DNA of 64,000 bases from Azolla caroliniana. Taxonomy: Eukaryota; Plantae; Polypodiophyta. Positions 12,917 through 24,849 of this stretch are shown in pieces (position 1 is the stretch's first letter; each line of letters begins with the position of its first letter). The position numbers were made by a program, and so were the translations under genes. The notes under the pieces are model-generated. The model was not told the origin of the DNA, searched no databases, and saw nothing but the letters and a program-made list of their open reading frames with translations. The stretch spans positions 16,058,001 to 16,122,000 of the forward strand of contig JBHGNT010000007.1 of NCBI GenBank assembly GCA_043228905.1. The letters are read 5' to 3'.

Positions 12917-15900
12917 ATGGAAAGAGGTGTGAGTGGCTTCCTAGAAATGATAGTTCTTAACTCTCACAACTATGCAGACTAGAAGATAAAGATGGAGGAC
13001 CTTCTCATCGTCAAAGACCTGTATGAACCGATCGACAGAGTAGAAATACCCACGGGGGTATTAGAGTCAGAATGGAAAATTCTTAACAGAAAGGCGGTGG
13101 CCACCATCCGACAATGCGTTGATGTAAGCGTCCTTCAACATGTGGCGAACAACACAAATGATCACGAGATGTGGCAGATGTTGTGAGGTCTATATGAGAC
13201 GAAGAACGCCCTCAATAAAACCTCACTGATAAGAAAGATCTAACAGCTGAAATACAGAGAGGGTGAGAGCATTGTCGATCACATCAGCACATTCATGGGG
13301 TATGTAAATCAACTTGCTACAACCAAGTTTCCCCTTGATGATGCTATTCAGGCCATCCTTCTGATGTGCACACTGTTGGGTAACTGGTAGAACCTGGTGG
13401 TTACTCTCAGCACTTCCAGTCAAGAAAAAACTTGTCTTTACAAGTGGTGAAGACAAGCATCCTGAATGAGCAAGCGAGAAGGAAGGACAAGGGTGTCCTA
13501 GTCCAGTCATAATCAAATATGACTCAACACATCGGCAGTGGAAGGAACCAGCAAAGAAGTCCACCAAGGAGAGAAAAGTCTCAAGCCAGGTCGAAGTCCA
13601 AAGGAAAGCTCGTGTGCTTTTATTGTGGAAAGCTTGGACATTTCCAGAAGGACTGCCGATACCTCAATAGGGCAAAGAGTGTCGGTAATAATGTCAAACC
13701 AAGGAAGATCCCTGATGAAAAGTACAATTCAGCCATTCCTACGAGCAATGAAGAACTTGTGTTCATTTGTGAATAGACAAGTGCAAATCTTGCAAGCGAA
13801 GAATGCACTTGGGTGATCGACTTCGGTGCATCCTTCCACAAACCTCCGTTGAGAGAGTATTTCTCGACTTACATAGCTGGTGATCATGGTTATGTAAAGA
13901 TGGGTGACAGTGGGGAGTGCAAGTTAGCCGGAATCAGAAGTGCCTACCTGATGACATCAACTTACTTTGAAGGATGATCGACACACCCCCAATATCAGAT
14001 TGAATCTGATATAGACTAGAAGACTGGATGACGAAGGCTACAATGGTAGTTTTCAGAATTTGGCAAGTGGAAGTTCTGCCATGGAAATCTTATAGTGACC
14101 CGAGCACAGAAGGAAGGCACATTGTACATGATGCAAGCCTGACTATGCAAGATGGAAGTAAATGTGGCAGCCGACTCATTAGGACAAATATAGCATAAGA
14201 GGCTAGGCCACATGAGTGAGAAGGGACTGCATCTGTTGGCCGACCAGAAGCTTCTACCAGAAGTAAAAGGAGTGCACCTCGAGAAGCGTGTTGACTACTT
14301 AGTTGGAAAGCAGAATAGAGCAGCATTCCAAACACGGCCACCAAGAAGAAGAGAAGTTGCACTCGAATTGGTACACACAGATGTGTGTTATGTAGATGCT
14401 CCGGCGCATCGAGGCGGACAGTACTTTGTGACTTTCATTGATGACTACAGTCGGAAGTTGTGGGCTTTTGTCCTAAAATCAAAAGATCAAGTACTGCCAT
14501 TTTTCAAGGAGTTCCAGGCAACAACCAAACGGGAGTCAAGTCGGAAGTTGAAGGCTATCTGAACCGACAATGGTGGCGAATATAAAGGGCCGTTCGAGGA
14601 ATATTGCAAGGCACAAGGTATTCGAATCGAATGCATAGTACCAAAGGCCCTTGAGTTGAACGGGCTTGTAGAGAGAATGAACCGAACAATCATGAAGAGA
14701 GTAAGGAGCATGTTGTCGCATGCTAAACTGCCGAAAATATACGGAGTTGAGGCGATGTACACGGCTATTTATTTGATCAACTGGTCCCCGTTAGTACCGT
14801 TGAAAGGTGATGTCCCACAAAGGGTGTGGATAGGAAAGGATGTCTCCTACTTACACTTGAGGGTGTTTGGATGCTTAGTGTATATGTATGTGCCTAAGGA
14901 TCAGAGGTCAAACCTCAACAATAAGTCAAAACCATGCATATTCATGGAATACTCGAGGACGAGTTCAGCTACAGGTTGTGGAACTTAGTCGACAGGAAGG
15001 TAGTGAGGAGTCGGGACGTAGTCTTCTTGGAAGACAACACGATTGAGGATTGGAAGCAACAGAAGTCGGAATCGAGTTCCCAGTCGACTCCCACTACCAC
15101 CGACTTAAGGCCAAGTGAACCGACACAGTCGGCTGCTTGGAAACAACCAGTTGGCACAGGTGAATCCGAGTCAGTCGACTCGGAACAACCGACCAACACT
15201 GAGGGTGTGGAAAGGAAAGGATGTCTCCTATCGACACCTGAGGGTGTTTGGATGCCTACGGAACATGCATGTAAATAGCTAAGGATCAGAGGTCAAAGCT
15301 CGACAGTAAGTCGAAACCATGCATATTCATGGGATACTCAAAAGATGAGTTTGGCTATAGGCTATGGGATCTAGTCGACAAGAAGGTAGTGAGGAGTCGG
15401 GACATATTCTTCTTGGAAGACAAGAACATAGAGGACTGGAAGCAACAGAAGTCGGAATCGACTAACTAGTCAGCCTCCACTACTATCGACTTGAGGCCCA
15501 GTGAACCGACACAACCAACTGATTCGAGAAACCTAGTTGACATAGCTGAATCTGAGTTGGTTGACTCAGAGAGACCAACCGACTATGAGTCTGAGTCAGT
15601 GGAGCTATTAAGATCGATTGAGGAATATGAGTTCAAGTCGTCCAACCTTGAGAAGCCCATCAACATACATGAACCTGAGCCAAGAGTAGAGTTGGCAGAG
15701 ATATCCGAACTGAAGCCGACAATAAGTGGAAGGAGATACCCATTTAGAGAAAGGAGAGCACTGACAATATATGCCAGTCAATACATCCTCTTGACTGATG
15801 AAGGTGAGCCAGAGTGCTATGATGAAGCAATTGCTAACAAGCATAGAGAGAAATGGCTGAGCGCGATGCAAGATGAGATGGATTCTTTGCACAAGAATTA

Positions 15901-17290
15901 TACTTATGACCTAGTAGAGCTGCCGAAAGGTAAGAGAGAACTCAAGAACAAATGGGTCTACAAGGTGAAGACAGGAGAAGTCGACAACGCGCCTAGGTAT
16001 AAAGCCCGCATTGTGGTGAAGGGGTTCCAATAGAGAGATGATGTTGACTTTGACGAAATATTCACTCCAGTCGTGAAGATGAAATCCATTAGAACTATTC
16101 TAATCATAGCTGCTAGTATGGATTTGGAGATCAAATAGTTGGATGTCTAGAAATTGCTCATGCATGGGAGTTGGATGAAGAGATTTGCATGCAACAACCA
16201 GAAGGTTTGAAACAAGCTCCTAGTGTGTCGAGTGAAGAAAAACTTGTATGAGTTGAAACAAGCTCCACGCCAATGGTACAAGAAGTTCGAGTCCTTCATG
16301 GTGGAACATTGGTTCTAGAAAACATAGGTTGATCACTGTGTGTTCGTCAAAAGATGCAACGAAGGTGACTTCTTTATTCTCTTGTTATATGTAGATGACA
16401 TGTTGATAGTCGGTCAAGATACAGGGAAGATCGGAAGCTTGAAGAAAGCTCTAGGCAAATCATTTGCCATGAAAGATCTTGGACCAGCTAAATAGATCTT
16501 AGGGATGCATATAGTTCGAGATAGAACTAAGAAAGTGTTGTGGTTGTCACAAGAGAAATATATGACTAAGATCCTACAAAGATTCAAAATGTCAGAAGCA
16601 AAGCCGGTTGCCTCTGTGTTACCGACTAACTGCAAGTTAAATGCAAATCAATGCCCGAGAGAGGAGAAAGAAAAGGTTGAGATGAGGAGAGTACCATATG
16701 CCTAAGTTGTCTGCAGTCTAATGTATGTTTTGGTCTGAGTAATCCAGGACGAGAACACTAGGCAATGGTGAAATGGATACTGAGGCACTTAAAAGGCACC
16801 TCTGGTATGTGTCGTAAGGATGGTGTCGGAAAACCCATGCTCGAAGGGTTTACCGACTCGGACATGTCGGGGGATGTAGACTCAAGCCAATCCACATCAA
16901 GGTATGTGAGGACCTCTGCAGGGGCAATAGTGTCATGGTAGTCATGACTGCAGAAGTCTCAGGGCTTGTGGACCACAGAGGCAGAGTACATGGCAGCGGT
17001 AGAGGACTGTAAGGAGCTGAATTGGGGATGAAGCAAAAGGATTTCTTGCTTCACTGTGAAAGCCAGAGTGTCATACATCTAGCCAAGAATGCTACATACC
17101 ACTCTCGAACCAAGCATACACAGAGAAGGTATCACTGGCTATGGGAGAAAGTCGAAGAAGGAGAGTTTACCCTCGTGAAGATCCATACTAACGATAATGG
17201 ATCCGACATGTTGACAAAGAAGCTACCGATGGACTGACTTAGAGTATGTCAATAGAGGACAGGAATAATGGACTCCTCCCCATTGGAGTG
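12917..17290 (+). pseudogene. Copia gag-pol with many stops and frameshifts
   Basis: CFYCGKLGHFQKDC; WVIDFGASFH; LELVHTDVC/FIDDYSR; NGLVERMNRT; YKARIVVKGF; LLYVDDML; HSRTKH; DMLTK. Confidence 0.9.
14820..15580 (+). repeat. Internal tandem duplication (~380 bp) of the integrase C-terminal region in element C
   Basis: agggtgtgga..ggaaaggatgtctcc at ~14821 and ~15202; SKPCIFM and VVRSRD..FLED are each encoded twice. Confidence 0.85.
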
Positions 17291-18875
17291 AAGGGGGAGT
17301 TTGTTAGGAAGATGTCCCTCCAGTGGTAGGAGCCGACTACTTAGAGAGAACCGACAGTCGAAGATAGGGAGCTGGTGACTGAACGGATGAGAACCGGCAG
17401 TTGAGGAATCGACCTAGAGAGAGTTGATCGAGGTTGAAGACACGACCAACTAGTCGGGCCGACTAGTCGGACCGACCTGACAGTCGACTAATTAGTAAGA
17501 CCACTATTATTATTATTGGATAATAATAATGGCCATGATTGTAAATAACCCATTCTGTGTATTAGTATAAATACACCTAGGGCAAACAGAACATGGATAT
17601 ATATAGATAGGCGTGTGTTTGAGAGCCTCAAGTGTACAACATGAGAGACAAGGGAAAAGAGGGTAAGGGAGTGTGAGTGAGTTAGCGGTGTCATATTGTG
17701 ATAAGAACAACATATGCCAAGAGTCCTTTGAGGTTGTGTACACTTTGTGTAGAGAGATGGTTGTACTCTGATCTCGTTGTTATATATCCATTGTATAGTG
17801 AAGCTTTGTTCTCCGTGGTTTTCACCCGCTTTATTTGTACATTGTTTTCTGTACATCAAAGTTGTGTATTTCATCAAATTCCTCTTCGAGTGGATTGATG
17901 ATTCCTTTCCCAACCTCAAGCTCGGCTGGGTTGCAATAGAAAGACCCAGGTTCGTCGTGAACTGCAGTAGCTTGTCGGCTCCCAAGGCTTTCGTGAAGAT
18001 GTCGGTCATTTGTAGATTCCTACTGATGTGTTGCAAATCGACATCTCCAGCCAGCCAATACACATTATCAGATGAAATGATAGTGCACCTCGATGCGCTT
18101 GGTTCGAGCATGAAGTGTAGGTTTTCGAGCTAGATGAATACTGCTCATGTTGTCGTAGTAGAGGATAATCGAATCCGTGATAGGAACGCCCAGATCCTTC
18201 AATATTTGTTTCAGTTAAACGACTTCACATGCGGAAATTGCCACGCCGCTGTATTCAGCCTCTGTGCTCGACAATGCGACTATTGGCTGCTTGTTACTAC
18301 TCCACGATATGACTCCACTACCAAGGGAGAAGACGAATCCCGATGTTGATCATCTGTCGGCATCGGTGTACCCTTTGAGTGAAATTGGTGTGGCTGATTT
18401 GTAGTGAATGTTGTAATCCATTGTCCCAGTTACATAGCATAACACTCACTTAGCACAGTCCAAGTGAATGTTTCGTGGTTTCAACATACACTGGATAAGA
18501 TGGCCGACCATGTAGCTGAGGTCGGGTCAAGTAATGGTGAGGTAGATTAGGCTTCCGAGTAGCTATCGATAGAGAGTTGACTCAACACTCTTTTGTGCCA
18601 AACTCAGCATCTACCTTTAGGTTTCGATCAAGAGGGGTGGTGATGGGCTTACACTTTGTCATCCTGAACAGAAGATTGAGGATATACTGTCATTGGGAGA
18701 TCAGGATGCCCTCACGAGTTCGAATGACTTCTATGCCTAGAAAGTAATGGAGCTCCTTCATGTCTTTCACTTCGAATTGGCCGGAGAGAAGCTTTTTGAT
18801 GTTCTCAATATTTGCTAGGTGCTCTCCTCCAATAACCAAGTCATCCACATATATTTTGATAAATACTTGTCCTTT

Positions 18876-21530
18876 GGAGTCACTCCGGATGTATAGGGAA
18901 TTGTCAGACCTTGACATTTCGAAGCAAATTTGGTGAAGACATTGGGTTATCTTCGAATGCTAGGCTCTAGGTGCTTTGCTTGAGGCTGTAGAGAGGCTAT
19001 TTGAGTCGACATACTGCTTGTGGGTGTGAGCTCGACTTGAAACCAGGTCGTTGTACCATGTACACCTTCTCATCTAATTCACCTTGGAGAAATGTTTCCT
19101 TGATGTCCATTTGGTGGAGGTGCCAACTTTTGGCTGTTGCGAGCACAATCAATGTTCGAACGATAGTCATATTTGCTACTGGGGCGAAGAACTCTTCATA
19201 ATCTACACCATGTGTTTCTGCGTGGCCCTTTTCCACAAGCCGGACCTTATACTGATTGACGGTGCCATTTGCATTGTGCTTCACCTAAAATATCCACCAA
19301 CAGCCGATTGTCTTTTGGTGGGGTGAAGAGGGGACGAGATCCCATGTCTCGTTCTTGCAGAGTGCTTGCCTCACCTCGTTAATCTCTTCGACCCACCTCG
19401 GCTTCGGGAGTCACTCCGGATGTATAGGGAATTGTCAGACCTTGACATTTCGAAGCAAATTTGGTGAAGACATTGGGTTATCTTCGAATGCTAGGCTCTA
19501 GGTGCTTTGCTTGAGGCTGTAGAGAGGCTATTTGAGTCGACATACTGCTTGTGGGTGTGAGCTCGACTTGAAACCAGGTCGTTGTACCATGTACACCTTC
19601 TCATCTAATTCACCTTGGAGAAATGTTTCCTTGATGTCCATTTGGTGGAGGTGCCAACTTTTGGCTGTTGCGAGCACAATCAATGTTCGAACGATAGTCA
19701 TATTTGCTACTGGGGCGAAGAACTCTTCATAATCTACACCATGTGTTTCTGCGTGGCCCTTTTCCACAAGCCGGACCTTATACTGATTGACGGTGCCATT
19801 TGCATTGTGCTTCACCTAAAATATCCACCAACAGCCGATTGTCTTTTGGTGGGGTGAAGAGGGGACGAGATCCCATGTCTCGTTCTTGCAGAGTGCTTGC
19901 CTCACCTCGTTAATCTCTTCGACCCACCTCGGCTTCGGGAGTCACTCCGGATGTATAGGGAATTGTCAGACCTTGACATTTCGAAGCAAATTTGGTGAAG
20001 ACATTGGGTTATCTTCGAATGCTAGGCTCTAGGTGCTTTGCTTGAGGCTGTAGAGAGGCTATTTGAGTCGACATACTGCTTGTGGGTGTGAGCTCGACTT
20101 GAAACCAGGTGGTTGTACCATGTACACCTTCTCATCTAATTCACCTTGGAGAAATGTTTCCTTGATGTCCATTTGGTGGAGGTGCCAACTTTTGGCTGTT
20201 GCGAGCACAATCAATGTTCGAACGATAGTCATATTTGCTACTGGGGCGAAGAACTCTTCATAATCTACACCATGTGTTTCTGCGTGGCCCTTTTCCACAA
20301 GCCGGACCTTATACTGATTGACGGTGCCATTTGCATTGTGCTTCACCTAAAATATCCACCAACAGCCGATTGTCTTTTGGTGGGGTGAAGAGGGGACGAG
20401 ATCCCATGTCTCGTTCTTGCAGAGTGCTTGCCTCACCTCGTTAATCTCTTCGACCCACCTCGGCTTCGGGAGTCACTCCGGATGTATAAGGAATTGTCAG
20501 ACCTTGACATTTCGAAGCAAATTTGGTGAAGACATTGGGTTATCTTCGAATGCTAGGCTCTAGGTGCTTTGCTTGAGGCTGTAGAGAGGCTATTTGAGTC
20601 GACATACTGCTTGTGGGTGTGAACTCGACTTGAAACCAGGTGGTTGTACCATGTACACCTTCTCATCTAATTCACCTTGGAGAAATGTTTCCTTGATGTC
20701 CATTTGGTGGAGGTGCCAACTTTTGGCTGTTGCGAGCACAATCAATGTTCGAACGATAGTCATATTTGCTACTGGGGCGAAGAACTCTTCATAATCTACA
20801 CCATGTGTTTCTGCGTGGCCCTTTTCCACAAGCCGGACCTTATACTGATTGACGGTGCCATTTGCATTGTGCTTCACCTAAAATATCCACCAACAGCCGA
20901 TTGTCTTTTGGTGGGGTGAAGAGGGGACGAGATCCCATGTCTCGTTCTTGCAGAGTGCTTGCCTCACCTCGTTAATCTCTTCGACCCACCTCGGCTTCGG
21001 GAGTCACTCCGGATGTATAGGGAATTGTCAGACCTTGACATTTCGAAGCAAATTTGGTGAAGACATTGGGTTATCTTCGAATGCTAGGCTCTAGGTGCTT
21101 TGCTTGAGGCTGTAGAGAGGCTATTTGAGTCGACATACTGCTTGTGGGTGTGAGCTCGACTTGAAACCAGGTCGTTGTACCATGTACACCTTCTCATCTA
21201 ATTCACCTTGGAGAAATGTTTCCTTGATGTCCATTTGGTGGAGGTGCCAACTTTTGGCTGTTGCGAGCACAATCAATGTTCGAACGATAGTCATATTTGC
21301 TACTGGGGCGAAGAACTCTTCATAATCTACACCATGTGTTTCTGCGTGGCCCTTTTCCACAAGCCGGACCTTATACTGATTGACGGTGCCATTTGCATTG
21401 TGCTTCACCTAAAATATCCACCAACAGCCGATTGTCTTTTGGTGGGGTGAAGAGGGGACGAGATCCCATGTCTCGTTCTTGCAGAGTGCTTGCCTCACCT
21501 CGTTAATCTCTTCGACCCACCTCGGCTTCG
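18876..21530 (-). repeat. Five tandem near-identical 531-bp copies of a copia RT segment
   Basis: Units start at 18876, 19407, 19938, 20469 and 21000. The same 95-aa ORF recurs every 531 bp. Confidence 0.99.
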
Positions 21531-22488
21531 GAAATTTTTTTCGGCTCTTGGACTATCTTCACCTTCATCATGAATGCATAATGATATGCCATGTAATCAA
21601 TGTAGCCGAATCGGCTGGCCACATTTTTCTCTTGGGTGGACCGATGGAGTTGTTCACTTGTCTTTGTGAACACTTTCTTGGCCCCTGGTGTTCTCATGAT
21701 AAACACATCAAACCACCATATTCATTGTCGAGTGTGCGAGCCAATTCATTTCCACCAGCCTTTTTGGCCTTCCCTTTGTTCGACTTTGGACTTGACCATG
21801 ACGTGCTTTGGTCGCTTGGAGGCTCTTGTGCTCCAATCAATCTGGTTGAGATTGGACTTTCTTCTAGTGTGAGCCTCAATCGATCCCCTCCTCTGAGTCT
21901 ATGTTGAGAGTGGTTTTGATTGGTTCGGATGCAGCTGAGTCAATTGTGTACCAAAATGCTGATTTGTCGAATACGACATCCCTACTTACTCATACCTTCC
22001 TAGTAGAGGGGTTGAAGCATTTATACCCCTTTTGTTCAGGTGAGTACCCCAGGAGGATACATTTCTCTAACTTAGGATCAACCTTCTGCCATTCCTCATC
22101 GGGAATATGTACGTACGTGATTGAGCCAAATATCCTAACGTGGGATAGATCCAACTTCTTTCCATAGAAACTCTCATGGGGGCTAATATCGTGCACTCCG
22201 GATGTTCTACAACGATTCATTAAATAGATAACCAATGAGAGCGAGTTGTCAAGTAACTCATGTATATCCGAAAGGACCAAGAGACGAGGGGTTCTTCACA
22301 TAGTCCGTTATTTTCTAGAAATAACGAAGATATTTAGTGAGGAGGATCGTAGGGATATTATATGTAGAATGTTACACCATCAACGTTTCGATGAAGACAT
22401 GATTATAATTAAATTTAGGATCCAATGTATTTCAAAAGATATTGTAGAATCTATGAAGTCATCCCTAGACTTAGTGAAAGGTGTAGAG

Positions 22489-22782
22489 TGTTGGGAATAT
22501 ATCCCTCCAGTGGGAGGAGTCGACTGTTGAACATGGCCGACAGTCAAGGATAGGGAGCAGCCGACTAGTTGGATACGAGCCAACAATCGAAGAGTTCACT
22601 TTGAGAGAGTCAACATAGAGTGTTGAATAGGAGAGAGAATCGACAAGAGGTGATCAAGGTCGAAGACACGACCGGCTAGTCGGGCCAACTGGATGGTCGA
22701 TGACCAGGCCAACTAGTTACACCGACCCAATAGTTGACAGATGAGTCGGCTAATTAGTAAGACTATTATTATTATTAGATAA
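22489..22782 (+). mobile_element. Truncated LTR of the element C family
   Basis: TGTTGGGAATATATCCCTCCAGTGG start matches 8955 and 17302. It is cut off by the next LTR. Confidence 0.8.
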
Positions 22783-23253
22783 TGTTGAGAATCAAGCTCA
22801 ACCTAGTGCAATGTGTGAACACACCATTTGAGAATCTATGATCACTCAAAGGTCAAGAGTCACACCACTACTCTCTACACATTAACTATGTGTCATAGAA
22901 TCATATTCTATGACACATAAATGATGAGTTCCATATTTCCCATGACTATGAGTCTTCACATTCCCTAAGAGAGAGTAGTTGTTGTAGTGAGTTAATTAAG
23001 AGAGAGGGTGACCTTATATAAAGCACCCTCCTCCTACTTCATATGGTGTCGGTTGTGACTCCTTGTAATGCTACATTTTATAATTTGTATTCTCCTTGTT
23101 AATATACACCTTCTTCTTGAGTACTTCATTTTTCTTTCATCTATTCATCTTGTGTTTCCACTTCTCTCATCTCTTTCCTCTCACACATACACATAATACA
23201 AATCTCTTCGGCTGCAGAAGAATCAAATCTGATTCTTTACATGGTATCAGAGC
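22783..23253 (+). mobile_element. LTR related to element B plus tRNA-Met PBS
   Basis: TGTTGAGAATCAA...GATTCTTTACA (22783-23241) followed by TGGTATCAGAGC. Same termini as the 8785..8420 LTR. Confidence 0.85.
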
Positions 23254-23759
23254 GGTTTGGTAGCTCTATCTAACCCATCCACATGTGTTGTGTTCTACGC
23301 CGACGCTCAAGAAGAACCGGCTCATCGTTATCTTAGTGCCACTACATGGCTCGTGTTCGAGAGAGAAAGAAAAGAAGAAGTAGATCAATTTGTATCAATT
23401 TGTGGCTTATGTCACAATTGTGCAAATTACAACCACCATATTTGGATGTATATGTGCATACCTCCCACCATCCATTTATTTGTGACATATTTTTTTAAGT
23501 AGGTAACACATGGGTTTTTTGACCCTTGTTTTCGTCACTGCTTGATTCTTATGGGTAGTGCCTTATTTTATCGTTTTGTCATAACATTTGCTTGTTACTC
23601 GCACGACTAGAATATTACTTGTGAGTGCACTTGTTTTTTCAGGTAATACACTTTCTCAACCATAGCAATGCATGTTGGGTTGACATTTTAATATAAGGCT
23701 AACTAGGAAACTACGTTGATGTTAGAACCATGGTTGAGCCTTGGGGAGCCGCCATGATT

Positions 23760-24846
23760 ATTCAAGATAGAGATCCGAGAAAGACATCTTAGCTATGTTT
23801 TCATCGTGATACATTAGATAGTACACGCAATTTTTTGCAAGACATGAACCAAATGTTGTATATTGCCAAAGAGAATGTCAAGACGGCTCAAGATCGTGCT
23901 CGATTTTATGCTGATTCGGATAGACGACCTCATGCATTTACTATTGGTCAAAAAGTTTTTTTGCATGTCCCTACTGACTCTACGTTATTGTCTATGGGTA
24001 AGTGCACTCAATTAACCCCACGATATTGTGGGCCATTTGAAATCCTTAAGTGGCTTGAGTCATCTGCTTATCACCTTGCCCTACCCCGTAACGTTGGTAT
24101 TCATCCTGTTTTTCACATTAGCCATCTAAAACCATTTTTAAGCGCTGGTGATACCACCATCACAATCCAAGATCTTGTAACATTAGAGGATTTTTCTTAC
24201 AAACCTCATGTTCTTGAACGAATTCTTGATTCTTGTACTAAACGTTTATGTTCTAAAGAGATTCGGCTATTCAAGATGAAATGGATGGATAAACCTATTG
24301 ATTATGCCACATGGGAATGCGAGCATACTGTTAAGGCACAATTTGCTTACTTTATATTGCAAGAGTGCAATCTTTTGAAGTAGGGGAGTATGTTATGTAC
24401 ACATAACGTTGGTGAGGATAGGTCACCAATATTTACATTAGTGAAGGGTATGTTCACTAATGTTAAAAAGGGAACTAATGATAGGTCCATGCACTATCAT
24501 GATTTGGACAACCAATGAATGGAGAGCCTTTTACAAAGGCACATCTATTCAAGGGGCCTAGGAAAAGGTATAAATATGAGGCTTAGCTACCCTCATAATC
24601 ACATTACATCGGAACGTTGCTATCTTAGACACCGGTGGTACGGGCTAGGATTTCGTCTCGACAATTGTGTTGATCTCTTCCAAGGTATTAGTCATCCTAA
24701 TATCTGGCGGTATGGGACGTCGGTGATAGGTTGGCTATGTCTAGATCATAGCTCGGGGGTGGTCGGGTGGAACGAGTTCTTCTATCCATTCTATTTTCCT
24801 TCTTTTACTTTAGTTTGGTTTATTGATTAGTAATAGAATCTTAACA
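23760..24846 (+). mobile_element. Gypsy chromovirus 3' end: integrase GPF/Y region, chromodomain, PPT, 3' LTR
   Basis: LTPRYCGPFEIL, AYHLALP..IHPVFHISHLK, ERILD...FKMKW...ATWE; PPT GAAGTAGGGGAG; LTR TGTTA(24391)...TAACA(24846). Confidence 0.88.
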
Positions 24847-24849
24847 AGT

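Larger units (their letters stand above)
3620..12955 (+). repeat. Segmental duplication, copy 1 (partner ~55101-64000)
   Basis: Colinear, near-identical sequence and paired ORFs (4812/56273, 6700/58161, 9520/60956, 11288/62665). Offset about 51.5 kb. Confidence 0.97.
8955..17915 (+). mobile_element. Ty1/copia element C, full-length but degenerate, with 5-bp TSD TCAAG
   Basis: 5' LTR 8955..12888 (split by a LINE), PBS TGGTATTAG at 12892, PPT AAGGGGGAG at 17291, 3' LTR 17302..17915. TCAAG at 8950-8954 and 17916-17920. Confidence 0.93.
8420..22245 (-). mobile_element. Ty1/copia element B (IN-RT-RNaseH relics plus 3' LTR), interrupted by element C
   Basis: 3' LTR 8785..8420 (TGTTGAGAATC...GATTCTTTACA) preceded by polypurine tract (PPT) TAAGGGGGCA; RT IYVDDLVI (18690..18917); RNaseH QMTDIFTKALG; integrase KVDPKLEKCILLGY. 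The RNaseH end reads through as QPSLRGS once element C is removed. Confidence 0.88.

Noticed and set aside
18997-21408. Five identical 95-aa 'genes'
   Set aside because: They are fragments of copia RT within a tandem repeat, with alternative start codons and flanking stops.
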